DNA of 39,698 bases from Candidatus Zapsychrus exili (GTDB lineage Bacteria > Omnitrophota > Gorgyraeia > Zapsychrales > Zapsychraceae). The notes below the pieces were generated by a model. It was not told the origin of the DNA. It saw only the letters and a program-made list of their open reading frames with translations, and ran no database searches. Positions 10,265-21,048 of this stretch are shown piece by piece (the stretch's first letter is position 1; each line of letters begins with the position of its first letter). The stretch is taken from positions 1-39,698 of the forward strand of contig JAVCCJ010000014.1 in the NCBI GenBank assembly GCA_030765585.1. The letters are read 5' to 3'. The position numbers and the translations under genes are program-made.

Positions 10265-11938
10265 TTAAAGGGCGTTTTTTTGCTTATCAGCGTCCCACTT
10301 CATTTTGCCGATAACACTTTGCGCTATATTTGTCAGCCTATCCCCTATTTTTTCTAAATTATCAACAATCTCTACAAAAATGAATCCTGAATTGAGATTA
10401 CAAATTCCTTCGTGGAGTCTCGTAATATGAGACTGCTTGTATTTGTCGTGCAGATTATTTATATGTTCTTCTCGCTTTAACATGTTTTTGGCCACTGCTA
10501 TATTATTATTGCTTAATGCCTCAGTTGCTTCATCGCCCATATCTTGAATTTCTTTCCATAATATTTGAATTTCTTCAACTGCTTTGTCAGTAAAAATTAG
10601 GTTTTCCTCTATCTTTCTTCTTGCGAGTTCTGCTAAGTTTTGAGAATAGTCACCAATTCTTTCAATATCATTTACGTTATGAATTAACACTGGAAATTCT
10701 TCAGACTCTTCAGGAAGAAGAGTTCTTTGAGATAATTCAATTAAATATTGAGTAATTTCAGATTGCAGACTATCTGTGGCAGCTTCTAGTTCAGCTACTT
10801 TATCTAATTTCTTAAAATTGTTCTCCATTAAACCATCCGAAGCATTATTGACAGCTTTTTTCGCAATGTTTAACATATATACTGTTTCATTATAGACTTG
10901 TTCAAAGGCAAGGCTTGGAGTATTAAGCAAATGTTTTTCTAAATATTGTGTTCCGGAATCAACAGCATCTCCTTTTTGTGGAACAAGCCAGATACTAGTT
11001 TTTTCTATAAAATCAATAAAAGGTAAAAATATTGCAGTATTCAAAAGTTTAATAGCTGTATGAGATATAGCTATATAAAACATAATATTTATTGTTGTAA
11101 TCTCTCCAGGAATTGCTATATCAATAAACTTATTAACCCAACCTAGATAAACAAAAGCTAGCATATAAAGGGCTCCCGCCACATTAAATATGGTGTGCGA
11201 CATGGCCGCTCGTCTAGCATTAACATTTGTTCCTATTGCTGCTAACTGAGCTGTAATAGTGGTTCCAATGTTGTCTCCTAGGATTAGTGGAATAGCTGCA
11301 TTTAAATCAAGCACGCCATTAAATGCAAGAACCTGAATTATGGCAATCGTAGCACTTGAGCTTTGAAGTAGGAGAGTAAAAATAAGTCCAGCTAGTACGC
11401 CAAGAATTGGATTATTGCTAAAAGACATGAAGACTTGTTTTATGATTTCGCTTTCTTTTAAAGGATTAAAAGCGTCTTTCATAAAATGTAATCCAATAAA
11501 AAGTAATCCAAATCCAAGTAGTATTTGTCCCCAATGCTTTGTTTTTCTTGACTTAGCTAAAGTCATCACTGCAAAGCCAATTCCTACAGAAGGTAGAGCA
11601 TACGCTGTTATGTTAAAAACCGACATTGATGATACAAGCCATGCAGTTATAGTTGTGCCTATATTGGCACCCATAATAACTGAAATAGCTTGTCTTAATG
11701 ATAATAGTCCTGCGTTAACAAATCCAACAACCATTACAGTTGTTGCGCTTGATGATTGCACAAGACAGGTGACAAATGCTCCGACGCAAACTCCAATAAT
11801 AGGAAGCTTTGTTACATTATGTAAAAAATTCTTTAACTTTTCGCCAGCAATCTTTTTAAGGCCTTCTCCCATGGTTTTCATACCAAAGAAAAAGAATCCC
11901 AGACCCCCAACCAGCAAAAATACTAAATTGTCACTCAT
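10265..11938 (-). CDS. Na+/Pi cotransporter family protein with PhoU-like C-terminal domains (copy 1)
   Basis: Same motifs; colinear paralog of 8537-10201. Confidence 0.92.
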   Translation of the reverse strand: MSDNLVFLLVGGLGFFFFGMKTMGEGLKKIAGEKLKNFLHNVTKLPIIGVCVGAFVTCLVQSSSATTVMVVGFVNAGLLSLRQAISVIMGANIGTTITAWLVSSMSVFNITAYALPSVGIGFAVMTLAKSRKTKHWGQILLGFGLLFIGLHFMKDAFNPLKESEIIKQVFMSFSNNPILGVLAGLIFTLLLQSSSATIAIIQVLAFNGVLDLNAAIPLILGDNIGTTITAQLAAIGTNVNARRAAMSHTIFNVAGALYMLAFVYLGWVNKFIDIAIPGEITTINIMFYIAISHTAIKLLNTAIFLPFIDFIEKTSIWLVPQKGDAVDSGTQYLEKHLLNTPSLAFEQVYNETVYMLNIAKKAVNNASDGLMENNFKKLDKVAELEAATDSLQSEITQYLIELSQRTLLPEESEEFPVLIHNVNDIERIGDYSQNLAELARRKIEENLIFTDKAVEEIQILWKEIQDMGDEATEALSNNNIAVAKNMLKREEHINNLHDKYKQSHITRLHEGICNLNSGFIFVEIVDNLEKIGDRLTNIAQSVIGKMKWDADKQKNAL

Positions 11939-12004
11939 TTAAAGTCCTTATATGTAATATTTGTTTAATACTTGTTTTTCGGCGGGATATGAATTTACAA
12001 GAAT

Positions 12005-12033
12005 ATAATATATTGCCCTTTTAAATGTGTCAA
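12005..12033 (-). promoter_or_regulatory. sigma70-type promoter for the Na/Pi transporter pair
   Basis: Minus strand TTGACA-N17-TATTAT. Confidence 0.6.
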
Positions 12034-12058
12034 GCATATATAAAGATATTTTGTACTT

Positions 12059-12103
12059 GTGGTGCCAGGCATCTGAAAGAAATCTACGGGTTCCTGCCAT
12101 CAC
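12059..12103. repeat. Degenerate GGTGCCAGGCACC-type REP pair overlapping the SDR stop
   Basis: GTGGTGCCAGGCATC...GGGTTCCTGCCATCAC imperfect inverted pair. Confidence 0.5.
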
Positions 12104-12956
12104 TTAATTTTGTAGGTAAGATTTTATTAATGAGAAAGCTGTATAATCTAAATGGCAAACATTTTCTTAAAGTAAACAAAACTTTGCTCTCCAGATCAGG
12201 TATGTTTCTAAATGGAGGATTTTTTGACATTATTATTTTCTCTGCAAGTACTGCAACATCTTCAGGATTTTTATAGCAATCGTTGACATATTCCATAACT
12301 TTTTCTCTTAAATATTGTGAATATGCATAATAAGGGCTTTCTTTGTTATCAAAATTTGTTGCATAATTAGCGTTTTCATGAAATATCTTGGTTTTATATG
12401 TTCCAGGTTCTATTAAATGGACTCCTATTCCAAAAAGTTTAAGTTCGTACATAAGGCTTTCGCTAAAACCTTCTAGCGCCCATTTGCTTGCATTATAAGC
12501 GCTAAAACATGGTGATGCGGTTAGCCCTGCGATACTAGACACATTTATGATTTTACCTTCTTTTCTTGGTCGCATAAGAGGCACAACTTCTCTTATTACG
12601 TTTTGTACTCCAAAAAAGTTTGTTTCTAATTGTAATCGTATTTCTTTATCATCTAAATCTTCAAAAAAACCACCCATACCAAACCCAGCATTATTTATAA
12701 GGACATCAATATAGCCGTATTCGTTTGAAACAATATCTATAGTCTTTTTTATAGATTCTTTATTCGTTACATCTAGCTGCAATATATTTGCTTGGGCGCC
12801 TCTCTTATTAAGCTCATTAACAAGCGCATCTTTTTTATCAAGATTTCGCATGGTTGCATAAACTTTATGTCCTAAAGATGCTAAACGAGCTGCCATCAAT
12901 AGACCAAAGCCACTTGAGCAACCTGTTATAAGTATAACTTTTTGGGAATATTTCAT
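12084..12956 (-). CDS. Short-chain dehydrogenase/reductase (classical SDR)
   Basis: TGCSSGFG, NNAG, catalytic YNASK, IEPG. Confidence 0.93.
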   Translation of the reverse strand: MKYSQKVILITGCSSGFGLLMAARLASLGHKVYATMRNLDKKDALVNELNKRGAQANILQLDVTNKESIKKTIDIVSNEYGYIDVLINNAGFGMGGFFEDLDDKEIRLQLETNFFGVQNVIREVVPLMRPRKEGKIINVSSIAGLTASPCFSAYNASKWALEGFSESLMYELKLFGIGVHLIEPGTYKTKIFHENANYATNFDNKESPYYAYSQYLREKVMEYVNDCYKNPEDVAVLAEKIIMSKNPPFRNIPDLESKVLFTLRKCLPFRLYSFLINKILPTKLSDGRNP

Positions 12957-12974
12957 TTTGATTGTTTGGAATAA

Positions 12975-14039
12975 CTATTTAATAGTTTTTTGAATCATAA
13001 GAGCATCAAGTAGAACTAAAGCTATCATAGATTCAACAACTGAAACAACTCTCGGACAAATACAAGGGTCATGGCGTCCTCGCACTTCAATATTCACGTC
13101 ATCTTCCTCGGCAGATACTGTTTGTTGATTTTGCGCAATGGATGAGGTTGGTTTTATGGCAACACGTAATACGATGTCTTCTCCGGTTGAAATGCCACCC
13201 AGAATTCCTCCAGCATTGTTCGTTGTTACACGCACACGATCTCCATCCATATAAAATCTATCATTATGTTCTGAGCCAAGCATCGTAGAGGATTTAAAAC
13301 CAGATCCAAACTCTATACCTTTTGTTGCAGGTATAGACATAATACCGCCTGCTAATTTTGCTGTCAATTTTTCAAAAACAGGATCACCTAATCCTGCAGG
13401 CGTTCCATGAACAATTGCTTCTATGACCCCACCTACAGAATCATTATTTGCTTTTGCTTCTTCTATTTTTTGTAGCATATCATCAACAACGCTTAAATCT
13501 GCAGTACGGATAGGGTTTTTCTCGATTACAGAATAGTCTATCTTTTTGGCCACCACATCTGATATAGAAAGCGTATATGCAACTATATTTATGCTATGTT
13601 CGCTTAGTATTTTTTTAGCAACAGCTCCTGCTGCAACTCTTGCAACTGTTTCTCTACCAGAAGATCTTCCACCACCCCTATAGTCTCTTGTTCCATATTT
13701 TTTAAAATATGTATAATCAGCATGACCTGGACGAAAGACATCTTTTATATTTGAATAATCCTCTGATTTAGTATCATCATTGCGTATTAAAAGTGTAAGT
13801 GGTGCACCCGTGGTTTTACCTTTAAACATACCAGACAATATTTCAACGCTATCTTTCTCTTTTCTTTGAGTTGTTATATTGTTTTGCCCAGGACGCCTTT
13901 TATCTAATTCACTTTGTATATCATTAATTGTTAATCCTATGCCTGGCAATACGCCATCTATTACAACCCCTAGGGCAGGTCCGTGACTCTCTCCAAATGT
14001 TGTTATTTTAAATATTTTTCCAAATGAATTTCCAGACAT
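12975..14039 (-). CDS. aroC: Chorismate synthase
   Basis: TTFGESHG, RPGHAD, GGGRSSGRET, GGILGGIS, RGRHDPC. Confidence 0.97.
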   Translation of the reverse strand: MSGNSFGKIFKITTFGESHGPALGVVIDGVLPGIGLTINDIQSELDKRRPGQNNITTQRKEKDSVEILSGMFKGKTTGAPLTLLIRNDDTKSEDYSNIKDVFRPGHADYTYFKKYGTRDYRGGGRSSGRETVARVAAGAVAKKILSEHSINIVAYTLSISDVVAKKIDYSVIEKNPIRTADLSVVDDMLQKIEEAKANNDSVGGVIEAIVHGTPAGLGDPVFEKLTAKLAGGIMSIPATKGIEFGSGFKSSTMLGSEHNDRFYMDGDRVRVTTNNAGGILGGISTGEDIVLRVAIKPTSSIAQNQQTVSAEEDDVNIEVRGRHDPCICPRVVSVVESMIALVLLDALMIQKTIK

Positions 14040-14040
14040 T

Positions 14041-14655
14041 TTAAGCTAACCACCTTTTTTCTTGTTTTAATTTATTTTCGTAATCTTTAATTTTATCTTC
14101 AAACTGAAGAGTCCATCCAATTTGATCTAAACCTTTTAATAAACAATCTTTTGCAAAAGGATTTATATCAAATTTGTAGTTTTTACCATTAGGACCTACT
14201 ACTGTCTGACTTCTTAAATCAACTGATATTTGAAATCCCGACACTCCCTTGTCTTGCTTAAAAAGTTCATCAATATCTTCGCTGCTTAAGCTAACTAGTA
14301 GAAGACCATTCTTTATACTATTATTATAGAAGATATCTGCAAAACTGGGAGCAATAATTACACGAATTCCATAATCAGTTAAAGCCCAAGGAGCATGCTC
14401 TCTTGAAGATCCGCAACCAAAGTTATCTCTAGCTAAAAGGATTGTAGCTCCCCTGTAACCACCTTTGTTTAAAATAAAATCAGAATTTTCCTGTGTTCCT
14501 TCATAGTCTGTATATCTCCACTCATGAAATAAATGTTTTCCAAACCCTGTACGCTCAATTTTACGCAAAAATTGTTTTGGAATAATAGCATCAGTATCTA
14601 TGTTTGACCTGTCCAGCGGAGCAACTAAACCAGTATGTTCAGTAAAATGTCTCAT
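14041..14655 (-). CDS. leuD: 3-isopropylmalate dehydratase small subunit
   Basis: [37 protein letters not shown]. Confidence 0.97.
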   Translation of the reverse strand: MRHFTEHTGLVAPLDRSNIDTDAIIPKQFLRKIERTGFGKHLFHEWRYTDYEGTQENSDFILNKGGYRGATILLARDNFGCGSSREHAPWALTDYGIRVIIAPSFADIFYNNSIKNGLLLVSLSSEDIDELFKQDKGVSGFQISVDLRSQTVVGPNGKNYKFDINPFAKDCLLKGLDQIGWTLQFEDKIKDYENKLKQEKRWLA

Positions 14656-14660
14656 AATAA

Positions 14661-15090
14661 GACTAACGACAAAAGACTAACGACTAATGACCTTTTTGTA
14701 TCTCTTTGCTAACAGCATTTATTAGGCCATATAATGTTTTTGCCGCATCCTTTCTTGTTTCTTCGAGTTCATTATATTTTAAATCAGATAAATAATTTAG
14801 TTTTAAAGATAAACTTAAAAGATATTCCGTTTCCGATAAAGACCCTCTTGCAATATATAAGAAATTTAAATAATCTTTCTTGTGTTGCCTGCTTGCGCCT
14901 TCAGCTATATTGGAAGGTACTGAAACAGAAGCTCTTTTTAGTTGAGATGTTAATCCATAAATTTCTTCTTTAGGAAAAGTTTTAACAACTTTGTATATTT
15001 TAATGACTAGTTTATCAGATAATTCATAAGCTTTTATATTTTTAAAATTTCGCATTTCAGTCTTTAGTCATCGGTCTTTGGTCTTCTGTC
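14661..15090 (-). mobile_element. Putative four-helix-bundle cassette with inverted GAC-heptamer arms, inserted between leuC and leuD
   Basis: Arms 14661-14692 (GACTAAC GACAAAA GACTAAC GACTAAT GACC) and 15056-15090 (TTCAGTC TTTAGTC ATCGGTC TTTGGTC TTCTGTC); mobility is inferred. Confidence 0.6.
14684..15055 (-). CDS. Four helix bundle protein (23S rRNA IVS protein / bAvd-like family)
   Basis: FPKEEIYGLTSQLKRASVSVPSNIAEG...FLYIARGSLSE signature. Confidence 0.92.
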   Translation of the reverse strand: MRNFKNIKAYELSDKLVIKIYKVVKTFPKEEIYGLTSQLKRASVSVPSNIAEGASRQHKKDYLNFLYIARGSLSETEYLLSLSLKLNYLSDLKYNELEETRKDAAKTLYGLINAVSKEIQKGH

Positions 15091-16490
15091 TAATTACAGA
15101 TGTACTTACGTACGTCTGTAATTCTGCCTTCAATGGCTGCAGCTGCTGCCATTTCGGGACTTACTAGATGAGTTCTGCTTCCTTGACCTTGTCGACCTTC
15201 AAAATTTCTATTTGATGTTGCAGCACATCTTTGTCCTGCTTTTAACTTGTCATCATTCATAGCTAAACACATCGAACATCCTGCGTAACGCCACTCAAAT
15301 CCTGCATCAATAAATATTTTATCCAAACCTTCTTTTTCTGCTTGACGTTTTACTCTTCCTGAACCAGGAACAACTAAAGCTAATATTCCTGCTTTCACTT
15401 TATTTCCTTTTGCTATTTTTGCTGCTGTGCGTAAATCTTCAATACGACCATTTGTGCAAGATCCAATAAAAACAGCATCTATTTCTATATCTGTTATTTT
15501 TGTGCCAGGCTTTAAGCCCATATATTTTAATGCGTTTTCTGCTGCAGTTTTTCCAACATCATCAAAATCAGATGGATTAGGTACTTGCGCTTCTACAGAA
15601 GTGACTTGTCCAGGAGAAGTTCCCCAAGTAACTTGTGGAACTATGTCTTCCGCTTTTATATTTATTGTTTTATCAAATTGTGCGCCTTCATCTGTTTTAA
15701 ATGTGCTCCAGTATTTAATAGCTTGTTCTCGTTCAGCATCTTTTGGCGCATAATCAAGACCTTTTAAATATTCAAAAGTTTTTTCATCAGGCGCTATCAT
15801 CCCAGATCTTGCCCCAGCTTCTATTGTCATATTACAGACCGTCATTCTTTCTTCCATGCTTAAAGCTCTTATTGCGCTACCGGCATACTCTATGATATAT
15901 CCAGTTGCTCCAGCAGTACCTATTTGGCCAATTATATACAGAATGATATCTTTTGCAGTAACTCCTTTGCCTAAGCTACCGTCTATATTAATCAACATTA
16001 TTTTAGATTTTTTTTGCTGTAGTGTTTGCGTTGCCAAAACATGTTCAACTTCTGATGTACCTATTCCAAATGCTAACGCACCAAAAGCTCCGTGCGTTGC
16101 AGTATGCGAATCCCCACAAACAATAACCATGCCAGGATGGGTTACGCCTAACTCTGGACCAATAATATGCACAACGCCATTATCAGGATCGAGATGATTG
16201 AAAAGCCTTACTCCAAAATCTTTGCAATTTTTAGACAGTGCGTTCATTTGTATCTGCGATGTTTTTTCCATCTTATTAATATCTTTTGTAATTGTTGAAA
16301 CGTTGTGATCCATAGTAGCAAATGTTTTATGTGGAGCGCGCACAGTTCTTTGACTTAATCTTAACCCTTCAAAAGCTTGAGGGCTTGTTACTTCGTGGAC
16401 TAATTGCCTATCGACATATATTATGTCAGTCTCTTCTTTGCTCTCTCTAATAAGATGAGCATCCCAAATTTTATCATACATTGTTTTCAT
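15090..16490 (-). CDS. leuC: 3-isopropylmalate dehydratase large subunit
   Basis: [50 protein letters not shown]. Confidence 0.97.
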   Translation of the reverse strand: MKTMYDKIWDAHLIRESKEETDIIYVDRQLVHEVTSPQAFEGLRLSQRTVRAPHKTFATMDHNVSTITKDINKMEKTSQIQMNALSKNCKDFGVRLFNHLDPDNGVVHIIGPELGVTHPGMVIVCGDSHTATHGAFGALAFGIGTSEVEHVLATQTLQQKKSKIMLINIDGSLGKGVTAKDIILYIIGQIGTAGATGYIIEYAGSAIRALSMEERMTVCNMTIEAGARSGMIAPDEKTFEYLKGLDYAPKDAEREQAIKYWSTFKTDEGAQFDKTINIKAEDIVPQVTWGTSPGQVTSVEAQVPNPSDFDDVGKTAAENALKYMGLKPGTKITDIEIDAVFIGSCTNGRIEDLRTAAKIAKGNKVKAGILALVVPGSGRVKRQAEKEGLDKIFIDAGFEWRYAGCSMCLAMNDDKLKAGQRCAATSNRNFEGRQGQGSRTHLVSPEMAAAAAIEGRITDVRKYICN

Positions 16491-16528
16491 TTTTGTACCT
16501 TTACTTTAAGTAGCTGCCACTGCCACTT

Positions 16529-16557
16529 AATGTATAGCAATCATTAGAACTTGTCAA
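16529..16557 (-). promoter_or_regulatory. sigma70-type promoter for leuC-leuD-aroC
   Basis: Minus strand TTGACA-N17-TACATT. Confidence 0.55.
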
Positions 16558-16565
16558 TATCAAGC

Positions 16566-19205
16566 TTACGCTAATTTCCTAAGAACAGTTTGCAATATCC
16601 CGCCATTCTTAAAATAATCTATCTCAACAGGAGTATCTAATCGCACTGTCGCTTTAAATTCCTTTATTTTTCCTGATTTGTTTTTAACGCGAACAATAAT
16701 ATCTGTTCCAAGCTTAAGATTATTATCTATACCTAAAAAACTATAGGCTTCATTGCCAGACAATTTAAGAGACTCTGCTGTTTGTCCTCTTTTAAATTGC
16801 AATGGAAGTATCCCCATGCCGGCTAAATTGCTTCTATGAATTCTTTCAAAACTTTCTGCAAGAACAACTCTAACTCCTAACAAAGCAGTTCCTTTTGCAG
16901 CCCAATCTCGACTTGATCCAGTTCCGTATTCGCTACCAGCTAAAACAACTAAAGGCGTACCCGTTTTTTTATATTTTAACGACGCATCGTAAATAGACAT
17001 GACCTTAGATGTGGGAAGATATGTTGTAAATGAGCCTTCCGTGCTTTTTGCCATTTGGTTTTTAAGGCGAATATTCGCAAATGTTCCCCTTGTCATTACT
17101 TGATCATTTCCGCGACGAGAACCGTAGCTATTAAAATCAGAAGGCTTAATGCTGCTAGCTTTAAGAAATTTACCAGCAGGAGAATTTTCAGAAATTACTC
17201 CAGCAGGAGATATATGGTCTGTTGTTATAGAATCCCCAACTTTAATTAAAACACTAGCATCCTTTATATCGTGTATATCGAGCGACCTGCCTTTCATACC
17301 TTTAAAAAATGGTGGTTCTTGGATATAGGTGCTTTTATTATTCCACTTGAATAAATCTGACTTAGAAGTTTTTATTTTATTCCAATCCTTATTTTTTTTA
17401 TCAACATTTTTATAAACTTTATTAAAAGCGGTTGAAGTAATAAATTTGTCACACACTTGTTTTATCTTAGAATCTTTTGGCCAGATATCTTTAAGATATA
17501 TATTACGACCGCTTTTATCTTGACCAAGAGGGTCTTTATCGAAATCTATCATCGTGCTTCCCGCAAGAGCATATGCAACAACTAACGGTGGTGATGCTAG
17601 ATAATTTGCTTTTGTATGTGGGCTTATTCTTCCCTCAAAGTTTCTATTTCCGCTTAAAACACTTGCCACAGTTAGATTATTTTTCCTTATTGCCTTAACT
17701 ACCTTTTCATCTAAAGGTCCGCTATTTCCAATACATGTCGCACAGCCATAGCCTACAATATGAAATTTAAGTTGCTCTAAATATTTAAGCAGATTTGCCT
17801 TCTTTAAGTATTCTTCAATTACTAATGATCCTGGAGCAAAGCTTGTTTTGACGAAATCCTTCACCTTCAAACCTTTAAGAGCTGCGTTTTTTGCAATGAG
17901 ACCTGCCGCAACAACTAGAGAAGGGTTAGATGTATTAGTACAACTCGTTATCGACGCAATAACAATTGATCCATCTTGTAATTTATTTTTATCCTCTACT
18001 ATCTTTTTGTTACCGATTAATTTTTTAAATTCTGCTTTCATATCCTTAAGTACAATTCTGTCTTGAGGACGTTTTGGTCCAGCTAATGAGGCTTCGACTT
18101 TTGACAAATCAAGTTCTAAGGAATCGCTGTATTTAGGAGCACTTGTTTTATCGTCATAGAACATACCTTGTTCTTTAGTATATTTTTCTATTAGCCTTAC
18201 ATCGTTTGCTTTTCGTCCAGTCATTTTGTAGTAATTTAATGTTTCTTGATCGATAGGAAAAATGCCTAAAGTAGCACCATATTCTGGGCACATATTAGAA
18301 ATTACTGCACGGTCAGGTAAGCTCAAATGTTTGATTCCTTGTCCAAAGAATTCTACAAACTTTCCAACAACTCCTTTTTTACGCAATTTCTCAACTATTG
18401 TTAGAACAAGATCTGTCGCGGTGACGCCCTCTTTTAATTTACCTTTTAATTTGAAACCAACAACTTGCGGGAGAATCATATATATAGGTTCGCCTAGCAT
18501 TACAGCTTCTGCTTCAATTCCGCCTACACCCCAACCAACAATACCAATACCATTTATCATTGTCGTATGACTATCTGTTCCGACCAAACTATCTGGATAC
18601 ACAACAGTATCTTTGCCACTCTTTTTCCGAAAGACACCTTTTGCTAAATACTCTAAATTTATTTGATGAATTATTCCTGTTGATGGAGGAATTACTTTAA
18701 AATTCTTAAATGCACTTTCTCCCCATTTAAGAAATTGATAGCGTTCTTTATTTCTTTTAAACTCTAGCGCAACATTCTTACGAGCAGCATCCTTATCTCC
18801 GTAATAATCTATTTGAAGAGAATGATCTATAATTAAATCACAAGGAACTTGAGGATTTATTTTTTTATAATTCCCACCAAGTGCTTTCATCCCATCTCGC
18901 ATTGCAGCTAAATCAACTATACAAGGTACGCCTGTAAAATCTTGCAGCAGAACCCTAGATGGCTTAAAAGCTATTTCTTTTGATTTTTGCTTAGGTTTCC
19001 AGTTTAGGATATTTTTTATATCACTAAATGTTACTTGATGGCCATCAAAATTTCTAATAGCAGATTCTAAGAGAATCTTTATGGAGAATGGCAACTTAGA
19101 AGAATCTCCTATTCCTAGCTTTTTAAGCTTGTTTAAGCTAAAGATAGTATACTTCTTTGAATCTAATGTTAATGTTTTCTTAGTAGTCTCTTTGTTGAAT
19201 TGCAC
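16566..19205 (-). CDS. acnA: Aconitate hydratase A
   Basis: RVLLQDFTGVP, GTDSHTTM, ITSCTNTSNP, GYGCATCIGNSG, TTDHISPAG, GSSRDWAAKG. Confidence 0.97.
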   Translation of the reverse strand: MQFNKETTKKTLTLDSKKYTIFSLNKLKKLGIGDSSKLPFSIKILLESAIRNFDGHQVTFSDIKNILNWKPKQKSKEIAFKPSRVLLQDFTGVPCIVDLAAMRDGMKALGGNYKKINPQVPCDLIIDHSLQIDYYGDKDAARKNVALEFKRNKERYQFLKWGESAFKNFKVIPPSTGIIHQINLEYLAKGVFRKKSGKDTVVYPDSLVGTDSHTTMINGIGIVGWGVGGIEAEAVMLGEPIYMILPQVVGFKLKGKLKEGVTATDLVLTIVEKLRKKGVVGKFVEFFGQGIKHLSLPDRAVISNMCPEYGATLGIFPIDQETLNYYKMTGRKANDVRLIEKYTKEQGMFYDDKTSAPKYSDSLELDLSKVEASLAGPKRPQDRIVLKDMKAEFKKLIGNKKIVEDKNKLQDGSIVIASITSCTNTSNPSLVVAAGLIAKNAALKGLKVKDFVKTSFAPGSLVIEEYLKKANLLKYLEQLKFHIVGYGCATCIGNSGPLDEKVVKAIRKNNLTVASVLSGNRNFEGRISPHTKANYLASPPLVVAYALAGSTMIDFDKDPLGQDKSGRNIYLKDIWPKDSKIKQVCDKFITSTAFNKVYKNVDKKNKDWNKIKTSKSDLFKWNNKSTYIQEPPFFKGMKGRSLDIHDIKDASVLIKVGDSITTDHISPAGVISENSPAGKFLKASSIKPSDFNSYGSRRGNDQVMTRGTFANIRLKNQMAKSTEGSFTTYLPTSKVMSIYDASLKYKKTGTPLVVLAGSEYGTGSSRDWAAKGTALLGVRVVLAESFERIHRSNLAGMGILPLQFKRGQTAESLKLSGNEAYSFLGIDNNLKLGTDIIVRVKNKSGKIKEFKATVRLDTPVEIDYFKNGGILQTVLRKLA

Positions 19206-19261
19206 AGGTATATACCACTTTCTATTTAATATTTATACTTTTATTATATCTTAGTGGAGTT

Positions 19262-19290
19262 ATTATATTAGAAGAGGGCTTTAGAGTCAA
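19262..19290 (-). promoter_or_regulatory. sigma70-type promoter for acnA
   Basis: Minus strand TTGACT-N17-TATAAT. Confidence 0.65.
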
Positions 19291-19349
19291 CCACTAACCC
19301 CACAGTTATTGCGAATTCTACCAATCTTTAATTTAATATAAAAATATGC

Positions 19350-19378
19350 TTGAAATAGAGTTTCCTTAAGTTTAGTAT
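19350..19378 (+). promoter_or_regulatory. sigma70-type promoter for the radical SAM gene
   Basis: TTGAAA-N17-TAGTAT. Confidence 0.45.
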
Positions 19379-19413
19379 GTGAATAAAACAATTACTGGGA
19401 AGTTATATAATAT

Positions 19414-20856
19414 ATGAAAGTAGCATTCTTCAATCCATCTTTTGGTCAAAATTTTGTTAGAGTTGCGCGCTGGTCAGCTAAATCACGTGGACGAGTACAA
19501 AGACATCCAGAGTACCTTCTAACAGCTGCTAAGATTTTAATAGGACAAGGTCATAAAGTCACATTTCTAGAGGCTGCTGCGCGAAACTTTACTCCCGAAG
19601 AATCTTATAAAATTTTAGAAAATTTTGCTCCTGAACTGCTTATAATTCATGCAACAACGCCTTCTATATATGATGATATTAAACAAGCAAGAGCTGTAAA
19701 GAAGCTCACTAACTGTAAAGTAGCTTTTGTTGGTCAGCATGTAACAGCAGAGGTTGATGATACTTTTAATATATCAAAAGGTGTTGTGGATTATATTTTA
19801 AGAGGTGAATATGATTATACTGCTCGAGATATAGCAAATGGAATTAATATAGAGAATATCGGTGGATTATCTTTTGTTCGCGATGGTAACACTATAAATA
19901 ACCCAGACAGACCACCATTGGATGTTAATGAGCTTCCTTTCCCTGCTTGGAATTTAATCAAGCCAGAATGGTATCCTGATGCAGGAAAAAAATCCCCATT
20001 CTTAACTCTTGTGACTGGACGTGGATGTAATAATGCGTGTAGTTTTTGTCGCGACCCGCAACTTATGTATGGACATAGTTTACGTTTAAGAGATCCGATA
20101 AAGGTTGTTGATGAAATAGAATATGATCTTAAGTTATACCCTAAAATTCGTGAAATAATGTTTGAAACAGATACATTTGCGGCAAATACAAACCATGCCT
20201 TTGATATATGCAATGAGATTATAAAAAGAGGTCTTAATAAAAAAATTACGTATTCTTGCAATATGCGCGTTGATACAGATCTTCATATTTTACCTATAAT
20301 GAAACGCGCAGGTTTTAGGATGCTGATGGTGGGTTTTGAGTTTGGTTATAATGAAGGACTAAAAGCTGTTAACAAGGGACGAGTTAATATAGAAATGTCC
20401 AGAATTTTTGCTGAAACAGCTCATAAATTTGGATTCACAACGCATGGTTGTTTTATGATTGGTGCACCGAAAGAAACCAGAGAAACAGCGCAAAAAACAA
20501 TAGATTTTGCTAAATCACTACCGCTAGATACAATACAAATAACTGGTATTGCTGTTTATCCAGGAACAAAAATGTACGATTGGGCTCGTAAAGAGAACTA
20601 TTTAATAGCTAAAGATTGGCGCGATTGGCTTACGATAGAACGAGAACAAAAAACTCTCCTCTCCTTTCCCCAACTTTCTAACAAAGAAATTGATGAGTTT
20701 ATAGACAAAGGCTTAAAAGAATTTTATTTAAGACCTCGACAAATGATAAATATGCTATTTTCTATAGATTCTTGGGGAGATTTCTTAAGGAAGATTTACG
20801 GATTGAAGGCTTTTGTGCATTATTTTCTTAAAAAAATCATAACAAAGAAACAATAA
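19414..20856 (+). CDS. Cobalamin-binding-domain radical SAM protein (HpnJ/BchE-like)
   Basis: N-terminal B12-binding region (VGQHVT, RGEYDYT); GRGCNNACSFC; GCFMIGAP; YPGT. Confidence 0.85.
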   Translation: MKVAFFNPSFGQNFVRVARWSAKSRGRVQRHPEYLLTAAKILIGQGHKVTFLEAAARNFTPEESYKILENFAPELLIIHATTPSIYDDIKQARAVKKLTNCKVAFVGQHVTAEVDDTFNISKGVVDYILRGEYDYTARDIANGINIENIGGLSFVRDGNTINNPDRPPLDVNELPFPAWNLIKPEWYPDAGKKSPFLTLVTGRGCNNACSFCRDPQLMYGHSLRLRDPIKVVDEIEYDLKLYPKIREIMFETDTFAANTNHAFDICNEIIKRGLNKKITYSCNMRVDTDLHILPIMKRAGFRMLMVGFEFGYNEGLKAVNKGRVNIEMSRIFAETAHKFGFTTHGCFMIGAPKETRETAQKTIDFAKSLPLDTIQITGIAVYPGTKMYDWARKENYLIAKDWRDWLTIEREQKTLLSFPQLSNKEIDEFIDKGLKEFYLRPRQMINMLFSIDSWGDFLRKIYGLKAFVHYFLKKIITKKQ

Positions 20857-20860
20857 TACA

Positions 20861-21043
20861 TTACAAATCTTTAAAAATATCCTCTGTTACCTCGACAGGC
20901 TTAAAATCTTTTTTCTCGATAAACGTTTTTCCAAGATTTAATCCTAATAATACCAAAATAATCGGTATAAGTATAAAAAATACTATAACCCATGCTTTTG
21001 GTTTCTTAGTTCTTGGATCATAAAATATAGACATGATTACCAC
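20861..21043 (-). CDS. Small single-pass membrane protein
   Basis: 60-aa ORF with one hydrophobic segment, 5 bp downstream of the previous gene; true start may be the internal ATG. Confidence 0.55.
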   Translation of the reverse strand: MVIMSIFYDPRTKKPKAWVIVFFILIPIILVLLGLNLGKTFIEKKDFKPVEVTEDIFKDL

Positions 21044-21048
21044 CTATC

